Below, piece by piece: positions 1 through 10,359 of a stretch of 64,000 nucleotides of DNA. Under the pieces are notes generated by a model. It saw only the letters and a list, made by a program, of their open reading frames with translations, was not told where the DNA came from and searched no databases. This stretch comes from Lingula anatina (lineage: Eukaryota > Animalia > Brachiopoda), in NCBI GenBank assembly GCA_051362555.1, contig CM120645.1, positions 1,178,001 through 1,242,000 of the forward strand, given 5' to 3'. The translations under genes and the position numbers were made by a program. The stretch's first letter is position 1. Each line of letters opens with the position of its first letter.

Positions 1-379
1 TACTGTTACTAGTATCCCAATCTGTATAGAAATGTCTGTATACCAGTTTATAATTATCCCACAGGCTTTTTCATTTACATACATGATTTTACAGAATTCT
101 AGTTATATGTTGAAAGTCTTGTCATTGTAAGGGGGAAGCTGTTATATCATTGTACTAACATTTTTTTCACTTTCCTGACTTTAAATGCCATATCCCAAAG
201 AGTTGATGAATCCCCAACCACCCCCACCACCCAAAAAATAATAACAACAAAGAAAGAAAATTTAATAAAATAAAGAAAATCTGTGGTATATTTGCCTTTT
301 TAGGCAATGCATACCATAATATTTATCTTCCATAAAATATCTGTTTTACAATAATATGACTTATTATCTCCACCAATAG

Positions 380-654
380 GAAGGATGCCAAGGCTACGGT
401 CCTACCCACCAATGCCCTACAGGAGCTGGGGTCAAGGTCAACACAGATCCTGAACCAGATCCAGCATTTCTTTGCCTACCATATGGTGGATGTGTACGGC
501 TGTGACTACTCTTCCAGTGGTATTGCCAGTGAGGCGCTGCAGTCGAAATTAAAGGCATTTTTTGACCGTCGTATGTCGGATGGGCCAAGATACGACACGT
601 ACATTGTGTATTATAGCGGTCATGTACAAGAGAATGGGGATTGGGCTCTTGCAG
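380..654 (+). CDS. TMEM168: TMEM168, penultimate coding exon (upstream exons lie outside the window)
   Basis: aatag|G acceptor and GCAG|gtattt donor. Translates KDAKATVLPTNALQELGSRSTQILNQIQHFFAYHMVDVYGCDYSSSG...DGPRYDTYIVYYSGHVQENGDWALA, matching the recalled TMEM168 motifs ([31 protein letters not shown]). Not listed in the ORF track. Confidence 0.9.
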
Positions 655-956
655 GTATTTGAAGTATATGTGTTCATAGTTAAAGGTACTTAGTGTAAGC
701 TTTTCCCTTGAAAAACACATATTACTTTAGAATTTTTCCTGGTGGGAACAGTATTTTCTCTGACCAACCATCCTTTGATGATGCTTTCTGCCCACATGCC
801 ATATTTCTGTAAGATTCCAGTAAAATTAAGAAGTCCTCACCCATGCTTAATAGCTTAATGTCTACTCCACTTCACAGCCTCACCCTCAACTTCAGAGAAG
901 TTAATAACAAATTATTGAGCTTGGATCGTGACGAGTTTTCAAAATTCTCTCCACAG

Positions 957-1516
957 GAGATGGCACACTGAAATACGAAGACCTTCTCGAGTGGTGGAGA
1001 GAGAAAAATGCTGACTCTGATTCCCGTCTCATCCTCGTCTTGGACACGGAACATTCCTACAAGTGGGCCAAACCAGTTCACAAAACCAGGGACGCTTTTA
1101 TAGCTCTTCAGGCAACGAAGATTGGAAAATACACAGACCCTGAAGAGGGCGCCACAATCAAATTGGGTGACTTCACCAAGGAGTGGGTGGAGTATAACAA
1201 CGTCAGTCTAAGCGGGGACAGCGATATCAACTGGAAGGATTCAAGTCGCGTCATTAAGGCTGTCTATTCCACTTCTCGGTGCTGGACTGACTTTACCTTC
1301 CATCTGCCGACCGAGGACGAGATCGCGCAGCACTGGCAGAGCAACTTCCCCAAGTTTACGCGTCCTCTGATCAAAGCTACTCACTTCTGCCCCAGTGTCA
1401 GCAACCTATGCTTTTGCTGTGACTGTGTTGTGAGGTGTATGAGGAGAAAAAAGATGGCTTGGTTTCCGCCATCTGAGTTGGATACTGGGCATGGGTTTAA
1501 ATTGGTCAGGTCTTAG
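957..1516 (+). CDS. TMEM168: TMEM168, last coding exon
   Basis: ccacag|GA phase-1 acceptor fits the previous exon. Translates GDGTLKYEDLLEWWREKN...LGDFTKEWVEYN...WFPPSELDTGHGFKLVRS*, close to the TMEM168 C-terminus (LDTGQGFKLVKS). Confidence 0.92.
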
Positions 1517-2281
1517 CATGCCTTGTCTTACAGAGGTTCTTTCTGTCACATCTGACACACTGTCACATCTAACACACTGTAATGCTGTTACAAATGACAC
1601 AAGACACAAGAAATCACATCTGACACTCTGTCTTAGTTGACACACTTCTATGACAATAGTATTTGGTCTTTTGGGCCAGAACCTCATCTCAGTTGAATCA
1701 TACATTGAGTAGATACATCTAACTGCAAACGAAAAAAGTGATGTAAGTTTACAAGTTTTACTAACCTAGCTTAGTCCCAGCAATTTGCTTGTACGAACAA
1801 TTGCCTAAAGTATTATTTTAGATTTTAGAAAACAAAATGTGCCAAAAAGGTTAAAAAAAGCTCTATGACAGTTGATTGTCATTGCTAAAATGAACTATTG
1901 TTGTGGTCTTGTTTTGTGATTTTTAAATCACCAAGTTGCATTTATGAGACTGGGGTTTATAATATTACTTATGGATAAAGGTATTGTGGAGATACATACA
2001 GTTTTTAAGACACTAGCAATGTGGCTAAAAAGTGATGTCTTTATCTGCAGTAAAGCTTATTGCCAGAGAAGCAAAATGATATTAATCTATGACAAATTTT
2101 GTATTTTTAACTGTTTTATTATGCAGTTTGTATTGGAGTTGAAAGGAACAAAACAAACAAAAGCCTATGAGCTCAAATGAAAAATAGCTTGTTGTCTAGA
2201 CATATTGATACGGTTAAGGTTTGGACTTATTTATGAAGGAGAGGAGGAATGGTCCCTCTGACTCAGATCTGCCAGTTCCAT

Positions 2282-2349
2282 GTGGATTAACTGGGTCATC
2301 AGGTGGATTAATTGGGTCACCAGGTGGATTAATCGAGTCACCAGGTGGA
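2282..2349. repeat. 21-bp tandem repeat, about 3 copies (GTGGATTAAYYGRGTCAYCAG)
   Basis: Read directly; lies in the probable TMEM168 3' UTR. Confidence 0.8.
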
Positions 2350-2657
2350 GTTTTAACTGCAAATCGGTCTGATAGTAATACTTGTGTGAACAGGACTTGT
2401 AAAGAGAAGCAATGCTGTAGGACAGCAACAACCAGTATTTGGGGTTTTTAAGTTTTTATCAATATCCCCCTCTTGGACTGTGTCATAAGTCTAATTATCT
2501 TCCGTTTACTGTCATGTAAGTTGGAGCTGTGGATCAAAACATTCTAGTTTACTATTTAAAGAAATTTGTTGACATTTATGTGATGTGATGAGATGAGGTA
2601 ACAGCAGGGTCATGAGAAGTACAGACCCAGTGCTGTATTTGTGTATTTATTAAGTGA

Positions 2658-2663
2658 AATAAA
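2658..2663 (+). terminator. Candidate polyadenylation signal for TMEM168
   Basis: AATAAA followed by a T-rich tract about 1.1 kb after the stop codon; no transcript evidence. Confidence 0.35.
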
Positions 2664-5578
2664 TTATACTCAAACTTTATTTTGTATTAAATTTCTTCTT
2701 GGAAATTAAACAAACTCGGGGTCTGGAGGAAATAGAAACTTGTGTGGAAGCAGTCTTGGCTTACTAAAATTGATAGTCTTCAAACCTATCGACCTGCTTG
2801 GAAGAAGCTGAAGGGAAATCTTATAAGAATCTAATTAGTGTAACTTAATCTTCAAGAAGTTTTTGGTCATAAACATTTTTGTTAAAAAACACATCGAAGG
2901 GACCTCAGCACATCTAATATATATGCTTCTGTGTGCTGATATGGCTCCTGAACAGTCTTAAACACAGTTCAAAATTAAACAGAAAATGTGTTGAAAGTGA
3001 ATTTTTTATTTCTTTCACCAAAGAAAATATTTAACCAAAGCAAAGGTCCATAACATACAGTGCCTACATGCAAAGTTTGTCCTTTGCTTCAAGCAATGCG
3101 TAAGATGGAAACTTGAGATTAGCTGTAAGGCACGTTATAACTACATGTTACAACTCCCTCAGCTGACTGTATTGAAAAAGAGAAATATTGCTCTTACATT
3201 ATAACAATTAAGATGACGGCTGCATTCTGTCTTCGGGCTACTCCTTGGATTCACAGCTAAGACAAGTCACAGGGATGCAATGTATTTCTTGTGAAGGTAA
3301 ATCTCTCTTACACAGTACAGGCTGTGAGTCCAGAGCCCAGACAGTACAGAGCCATGTTGCTTCATAACAGCAATCTAAAATCTTGTTAAAAAATTCCGAT
3401 TGTCGCATTTTAGATGTAAGATGGACTTAAATATAAAACTTTTTATACAAAAGCTGCAAAATATGATCGGCACCTGGCATATCTCACTTATATTAAAATT
3501 ACTGATTATTTATAATAATATTTCTACATTTTGTAAGTTAAACATCTTTTGGTCAAAAGTTGTTAAAAGCAAGCATGGTTCTCAGAGAGTAGGGAGGTCC
3601 AAGTTGCTACAAATGATATATCTTGAAAAAATAATAATGAGTATGGAGTTTAAAAGTTACTAGTAACTATAGTACCATGCAACAACTTCCATTACTACAA
3701 TTACTACTACTGCTAATACTACTACTAATAATAATAATAATGCTTACTGTAATTATACATGAATGCAAACTTCAACATGTATTCTACTGAGTTTTAAAAC
3801 CTGAATGCTGATTTATCAGAACAGTAAAATACTATGTTCTCTCTCTTGCTTTTTTCCCTCACATTTAGAAAAGTGTATGAATTTCCAGTGAGGAGAATAA
3901 TACATTGAAGTATTAGATTCTAAAAGAATAAAATTTAAAAAAGGAGGAATTGCAAGCTTACCCAATAATCTAATAACATTTTTTTGAATTTTTTTGGTAT
4001 TGGAACCAGAGTTAAAATCTGTATATGATAGACATAAATAAAACATCATCTAAAGGAGATCAAGTGTTCCTCAAAATCTGTTTCATGCACCCAACAAAGC
4101 AGTAAAACATCTGGTGTCAGTGCCAAATACCAGCATCTGTTACAGAGGGGGTTTAACTCCCAACTTAGAAGTACATTTAGTAGGTAAGCAAGTCCTGACA
4201 TTCTCTCTCTTGCTATGTCATGACAAAAAAGACATCAAAAAGAAAGAAAATTATACTTTGAGTGAATGCACATCTTGTTGTTGTTTTTTTGTAAATCTGA
4301 AATGTGTCCGTAAAAATATGACCTAAATGCTAAGCTACTGAATGTCCCCTGATTTTAGTCCACATTATAAATTGGGTTTGCTATTCAGTTACCTCATTTA
4401 GTACCAGTAGCTACACACACAAAGCCTTAACACCCTGAGAGTCAGAATTTACTGAAAACCAACCTCTTTCATCATTGTATGAGGAAAGTTTCCAACAGTT
4501 TCTTAAATTCAGGGTAAAGCTCTGTAAATCAAGTCGCAGCAAATGTAATCTGTCGATCTCATCCTGCACATTGCTTCAACCAAATGTCTCAATGAATCCT
4601 TGGTATCATAACTCATTACCTTAATTAGGCATTTAACACAGGGGTAACGACCGTGTAATGGAGTCTTAATGGGAGATGTGGTGTATATCTGAGTAGTTCA
4701 CATCAATATGGTCTTTATCCGTATCAAAAACTCCCAGGCCTGAAGGAAATGACTATGTTCCACATGAAACAGGGAAAAAGCTATTACTTATCTGATATTA
4801 TAACTTAAATTCGATTATTTTGCTCAGTTTAACAATAACATGATACTAACAAAGAAAATAAAACCAATTTTTTTCTTAACTGTTGAATAAATATAATACC
4901 TATTGAATATTTAAGAGCATCCTATAATGACTCAATTGCATAATTGTTACAGAGGAAAACAAAAAAGTTCCAAAATTACTCTGGTCATACTGGCCTATTT
5001 TGAACAAGATGGCCCAGAAAATTGCCAAAAAATACTTATAAAATTCTCAGATTAGTCCAATGCCACTAGTATGTTGTAGGATGACCACCAAACTGTTCCT
5101 ACAAAAACCCTGAGAGACAGAGTTGAAAATGACCAATGTATATATATTTAAATATCGAAACTGTCCTATATTTTATAAAATTTAAATACTTCTTTGTGGC
5201 ATTTGTGGTGATTTTATTGCATAGTACAGAAATGAAGAGTAGCCTGTTTTTTAATTTTGCTGCCACCACTCAATAGGAAAGTTCTAATTTGAAGAAATTA
5301 CGACTTTAAAAAAAAAAATGCAGTATCAGATTCTATCAAATTCACAATTTCCCCCATTGAAAATATGAAGTAATTACTGTAGTTAATACTGGGTCTGTGA
5401 AGTATTGATGTGGGTCAATGTAAAAAGTGGCCATACTTGGTTTCAGCCTAAGGTTTATATATAGTAAAGTCACACTTATCTCAACAATACTGATAAATAA
5501 TACAGCCAGTATTAACATTCTTCCAGTAGCACCTGGAAAGTTGATTTAATAATTCTCAAAACAAAGTCAGAGACTTCG

Positions 5579-6169
5579 TTAACACAAGTCTTCTTCCTCT
5601 TCCTCCTCAGATTCCTCAGCTAATGGCATCTCGTTAAAAGTCTCTCGTATACAGTTGTAATCCTCCAAAGTGTTGTCACTAAACGATATCCCAAAGTTCT
5701 TGCTCTGAATCTTGATTTCATGGAAATCCTGGGGTATGTACATCATGTCAGGAGTGACGTCACCCACCAGGTAGGACTCCGTGGAGCTACGATGAATCTT
5801 ACGAAATGCCATACAGTGCAGGTGTTCCTGTTTTACGTACTTCCATCTCTTGTACCCCAGTGACTCGATTGCTTTCTTCCAGCTTTTCATCATAGGAGCG
5901 TTCCTATTTTGATGACCGCTGTCCGGCGTGATCACCAACAGGAGACCATTGATCATCAGCAGCTGCTGGGCCTTCTGGCAGCACAGCCATCTTTGATACG
6001 CTGAGGGGAAATATTCCAAGAGAAGAGAGAAGACAACAACGTGAAAGCACTCCGCAGGGAGCCTCTCTATGGGATCTTTGACAGACTGGAGATAAGAGTC
6101 CATGGTGTCCACAGCGAGTTGGAGAGGCTCTGACAGTTCTAGGTGAAGGAAATCACAGTGATACACAGA
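5579..6169 (-). CDS. SAMTOR: SAMTOR/BMT2 (C7orf60), exon 4 (last), C-terminal part of the methyltransferase-like domain
   Basis: ttccag|TCT phase-0 acceptor. Translates SVYHCDFL...FHVVVFSLLLEYFPSAYQRWLCCQKAQQLLMINGLLLVITPDSGHQNRNAPMMKSWKKAIE...HLHCMAFRK...MYIPQDF, the SAMTOR signature, with an acidic tail and TAA stop. Confidence 0.93.
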   Translation of the reverse strand, partial: SVYHCDFLHLELSEPLQLAVDTMDSYLQSVKDPIERLPAECFHVVVFSLLLEYFPSAYQRWLCCQKAQQLLMINGLLLVITPDSGHQNRNAPMMKSWKKAIESLGYKRWKYVKQEHLHCMAFRKIHRSSTESYLVGDVTPDMMYIPQDFHEIKIQSKNFGISFSDNTLEDYNCIRETFNEMPLAEESEEEEEEDLC

Positions 6170-6820
6170 CTGGAAGTAGAATCATCTTTACGGTAATTAC
6201 TACTGAAATATGAGCAACATGACTTCAAAATTAAAAAAAAAAAAGAAAGCTTTAAAATTGACACAAAAGTTTTTAAAAGAGAGTTTGCTTCACGTCAAAC
6301 ACAACATTTGCTGTCTCAAAATGATAAATGCTACAAAAAATTGGAAATTTTCAATAATTCATCTCCCTAATGTCTGAATACTTATTAAGTACTACAGTCT
6401 TCATCACACTTCATTTTTATGACAATGGTAAATATTTATAAAAATCCAGATGTGATATTCCATTAATGTTTTCCTCTTTCTTTCCAGGATGCATAAATTA
6501 CACCTAGCTTTATTTTATATTCAAAAGTTTAACCCTTCTAAAAATAAATTACACTAATTTCTTACTGCAGCAGTGAATTGGAAACAACTGACTTAATTTT
6601 ATCACAATTTCCTAAATCATTTTCTGTTTATAATTTCTAAATTTTGATTAGAAAATTATGAACAGTGATTCATTTCAAATCGATTAATATTCATTCATTC
6701 ATTTATTTATTCATTCATCTATTCACTTATTGAGATTCCTGAAGATGAGAAATCTTGACATTATTAATTTTTGGAATAAAAGATGTTTGTAATTAGTAAG
6801 CAGGTGCCAGGTTTCCTCAC

Positions 6821-6935
6821 CTCTACGGCAGGACTGATATCTATACCCAGTGCCAGGAATTCCTCAAACTCCCTGAAAGGATTAAAACAGCTGCCAACAT
6901 CTAGCAGGCGAATCCTTCCCCGGAATGGCAGAGTT
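6821..6935 (-). CDS. SAMTOR: SAMTOR exon 3 (SAM-binding motif I)
   Basis: ccccag|A ... GAG|gtgagg. Translates [38 protein letters not shown], matching the recalled [13 protein letters not shown]...GIDI.PAVE. Phase 2 in, phase 0 out. Confidence 0.93.
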
Positions 6936-7262
6936 CTGGGGAAAAAATAAAAAATGAAAGTTTTAATTTTTTTTTACACAAATAAGGCATGTTTGAATTA
7001 GTAAGTTATTGGAGTGTTAAATCTTATATATATATATATATATGATGAAACATCTTTATCTCCCACCAAACAATACATCTTTATGACAATTTCAGCACTG
7101 TAATCAAGGCCACCCTGACCCCAAGGGAGAGACTTTTGCTCCACAAAAGTCGTTAATCCAACAATAGTCAGAAAAACCTAATTACTGCATCAACACATCC
7201 CAAAAAGTCAGAAAATCCTCAGATATTCTGATAAGCAGAAAAGACTCCACTTTGCAACTCAC

Positions 7263-8541
7263 ACAGAGGTGTAATTTCCTTTGGATAGCTGGTGTTGTTT
7301 GGACCTCCATGCCTCCTGGTCAGAGGGTACAAAAAAACCATCACTGTCCACCCCTGATGAACTGGACAGACCCCCCAGGGACTGGCTGCCCACAGATGGC
7401 AGAGACTGGACCTCACTACTGGGTGACACACTGTAGTTGTTGTTGTCATAGAGATCTGTGGGGCCTCGAAAGGGGGGTTCTGGTTGTTCCTTAGTAGGAC
7501 TGTTCAATGGGAGGCTTTGAGTGGGAGGCTCCGAGTGTTCCTTGGCAGGGCTGTTCAAGTGGGGGATACATATGGGGGGTTCTGGCTGATCTCTGGTGGA
7601 AATATCAGGCTGAGGCTCACAACTGGGAGGTTCTGAATGTTGTTTTGTACTTGAATCAGCCATATGAGCTGTGTCTGTTAATCTCATGGCACTTGGGAAT
7701 TGTTCAGCCTCTGTAGGTGTTTCTTCAGCTGGGAGAACTGGGCTTTTCTCAGTGGATGTTGGCTCAGGGGGCAGTTGCCATGGTTGTAGAATGTGAGTAG
7801 CTTGTAATATATCCGTAGGAAATGAGTCTGGTAGTTTCCTTCTCCTAGCTGGAGGAGACTGAGCAGTTGTCTCAGCCTCTGTATTGCCACTTCTCTGTTG
7901 TAACTTCTCTGAGTCCAGCTTCATCATGTCACTGGTTTTAGAAGTCATTGTTTCCACTTTGGTGTTACACTGCCTGCATTGCACTGGGTAAACTTTCTTG
8001 TCAGTGTCTGAGAATTCTTGTACAGTCTTTGTATTGAGATCAGTGTGGGAGAGATCAAGTTGATCTATATTGTCCTTTGCTCTTTGGCAGGAGACACAAT
8101 AGGATGACTCCTCCAGAAGATAAGTGTCAGTTGTTTGAGCAGATTCTTGACCAAATAACTGTAAGTTTGATAATGCTGTTGATAACTCCACATCGCTGGC
8201 AGTCTCGGGGTGTTTGACAAACGATGTGTGTGTCACCTGACCGTCAGTGACAATCACGTTAGACGTTGATACCTCACAGTCATCACTCGTCTGACTACTC
8301 ATGGAGTCTCGGTGTGAGAACTGCCTATTGAACAACCTCTGTCTCTCTTCCTTATCCAGGGCTCTCTTCAGCCCCCCTTCCAGGAAGTATTCCAAACAGG
8401 TGCGTCGACACCAATGGATTCGCGTTTCGGGATTTTTGCTCCAGTGGTCAACGGCCAGATGGTGCATCGCCTCAGCATATTCTGTGAGGAGATCTTGGTT
8501 AGAGCAGTGCTCATTCCACACTTTATTAAAGTCACCATTAC
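7263..8541 (-). CDS. SAMTOR: SAMTOR exon 2 (1279 nt): conserved N-terminal region plus a long low-complexity insertion
   Basis: cttcag|GT acceptor gives SNGDFNKVWNEHC...EYAEAMHHLAVDHW...RIHWC...EYF.EGGLKRALDKEE. The frame stays open to a consensus GT|gtgagt donor at 7263/7262, in the phase 2 that exon 3 requires. Confidence 0.82.
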
Positions 8542-8920
8542 CTGAAGATCAAATATACAAAACCGTTACATGTATGGAGCGAGATATACCACTTTTTTTT
8601 TTAGCTGGGATAGAGCCTCTATAAACAATCTAGTGATGTGGTCGGCTCATACCCTGCATCAACTATATGCATTTCAATTTTGAAAAAAAAAAAACGTAAT
8701 GAATAAATAAATTTTACTAAAAATAAATGTTTAACTTATCTCCATAGCTTTTTAAATGACGGTAGTCTAGTCTGATATTGAAATATTTGTTTAGCGATTC
8801 ATCTAGAACAATCATCAACCTAACAGAGTTACAATCTAGGTTTGGGAGTATCACGTCGAATTTCCATCAAAAACTTGAAAACGACAAAATAAAATCATAA
8901 GACAAAGTGTGATGACTCAC

Positions 8921-9020
8921 TTTCCTGCAGCTCTCTCCTAAGTTTTGCGTGCACACCTTTAACAACAGACGCTAGTTTCAGATGCTCTTCTTTATCACTG
9001 ACACTGGAACCTCGAGACAT
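8921..9020 (-). CDS. SAMTOR: SAMTOR exon 1 (start codon)
   Basis: GAAGATG start with an in-frame upstream stop. Translates MSRGSSVSDKEEHLKLASVVKGVHAKLRRELQE, resembling KLSGVVKSVHRRLRKKYRE. A|gtgagt phase-1 donor. Confidence 0.88.
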
Positions 9021-9060
9021 CTTCCCCGGTGCCTGAGCGTGTTGTCAATGTCATCACTCT

Positions 9061-9082
9061 GCCATTTCACCATTCCGGAAGT
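9061..9082 (-). promoter_or_regulatory. Probable SAMTOR core promoter: ETS motif (CCGGAAGT, 9075-9082) next to a YY1-like AAATGGC
   Basis: Motifs read directly, 40-60 nt upstream of the ATG; typical of housekeeping promoters. TSS not known. Confidence 0.45.
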
Positions 9083-10004
9083 AACACAATCGGACCTTCC
9101 TTCCAAGGAGAACGTCGCAGTTAGATTGCGTCAGGATAGCTCAGCTAACACAATGGGGTGGGCTGCATACAGCGGTTATTCAGTGCAGCCAGATCTAAAG
9201 TCCTTGGAGTTGGCCAGTCAGCTGCCAACGGAGCTCATTCTAAATTTTTTGTGCATTCAAATCCAACAATAAACAACTTAAACCATTTATAACAGCTCGA
9301 TATTAGCATTTGTTATTTGTATTAGATCCTTATCCACTTCAGTACAGCGTATCCGTTGGGGGTGGGGGGTGGGTGGGGGCGGGAGGGCTGGGAGTGTTGG
9401 GGCATCGGGGGTGCATACTCGGATTGTCTTATAATTAAACGTTTTGGGGTAAGAAAATTGATCATTTTTAACAAAGCACCCTCTATTGTGGTTACCTTCT
9501 TATTGTAAACTTCTAAAGAGGTTACTTTTCTATAAGCGGGCGAAATACTAGGTTGATTATAAATAGCAACTCTTTATCACAATGCGATGACGCAATTTTA
9601 CAAAAAAAAAAAAAAAAAAAAAGAAAGAAAGAAAATACTACTTAGATTGTTTCGGATATGATCGCCCGACCTCGGCATGACTGATCTACCAGACGCGGGA
9701 CCAGTACGTGGTCCATAATAAATATACCTTCAAAATATCGCATTTACAACACCTCAAATTCTTCCTTCCAATGAAAGTCCCTTTTTTTAGTTCTTGAAAA
9801 GTAAAGTTTTGTTTTAAACTTTTTTTATTAACCTACAAAAGTAAAATACAAACCACCGTGAGTCAATTTAAAGTGCGAGTTTTGCTTAAATGATCTTTTT
9901 ATTATCTAATTATCCAAAAATAATAAATATTCCTAAGAATAATGTAAAAAAAAATTTCTCATCAAAACTTGGTTTATTCTTCGGCGTTTCTATTAAAGAG
10001 AGGG

Positions 10005-10039
<35 letters not shown>

Positions 10040-10045
10040 AACAAT

Positions 10046-10134
<89 letters not shown>

Positions 10135-10150
10135 TGATGATGATGATGAT
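10005..10150. repeat. Compound microsatellite (AAC)n-(AAT)n-(GAT)n
   Basis: Read directly; the source of the poly-N, poly-L and poly-T ORFs in the track. Confidence 0.97.
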
Positions 10151-10359
10151 AACTTAACCATGATTAGTTCCGATTATAATAAAGCATATTTTACTTTATT
10201 CTCGACCCCTACGCCCTTATCATTTTTCTTTCAGCAAAGTTAGCAACTAGATGGCCAATTATAGCTGGTTTTTATATTCTAAAATGACTGTTTAAACCAT
10301 GTCAGGATAATCAAGTTTGTGGTAAGGGCACTCCCTTTTGGTTGTCTAGACGGCAAACG

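Noticed and set aside
394-720. 108-aa minus-strand ORF
   Set aside because: Antisense shadow of the TMEM168 exon on the + strand.
7259-8521. 420-aa ORF as a stand-alone gene
   Set aside because: It starts at GTG inside SAMTOR exon 2 and has phase-compatible splice sites to SAMTOR exons on both sides.
9890-10243. Poly-Asn, poly-Leu and poly-Thr ORFs
   Set aside because: Translations of a trinucleotide microsatellite with no exon context.
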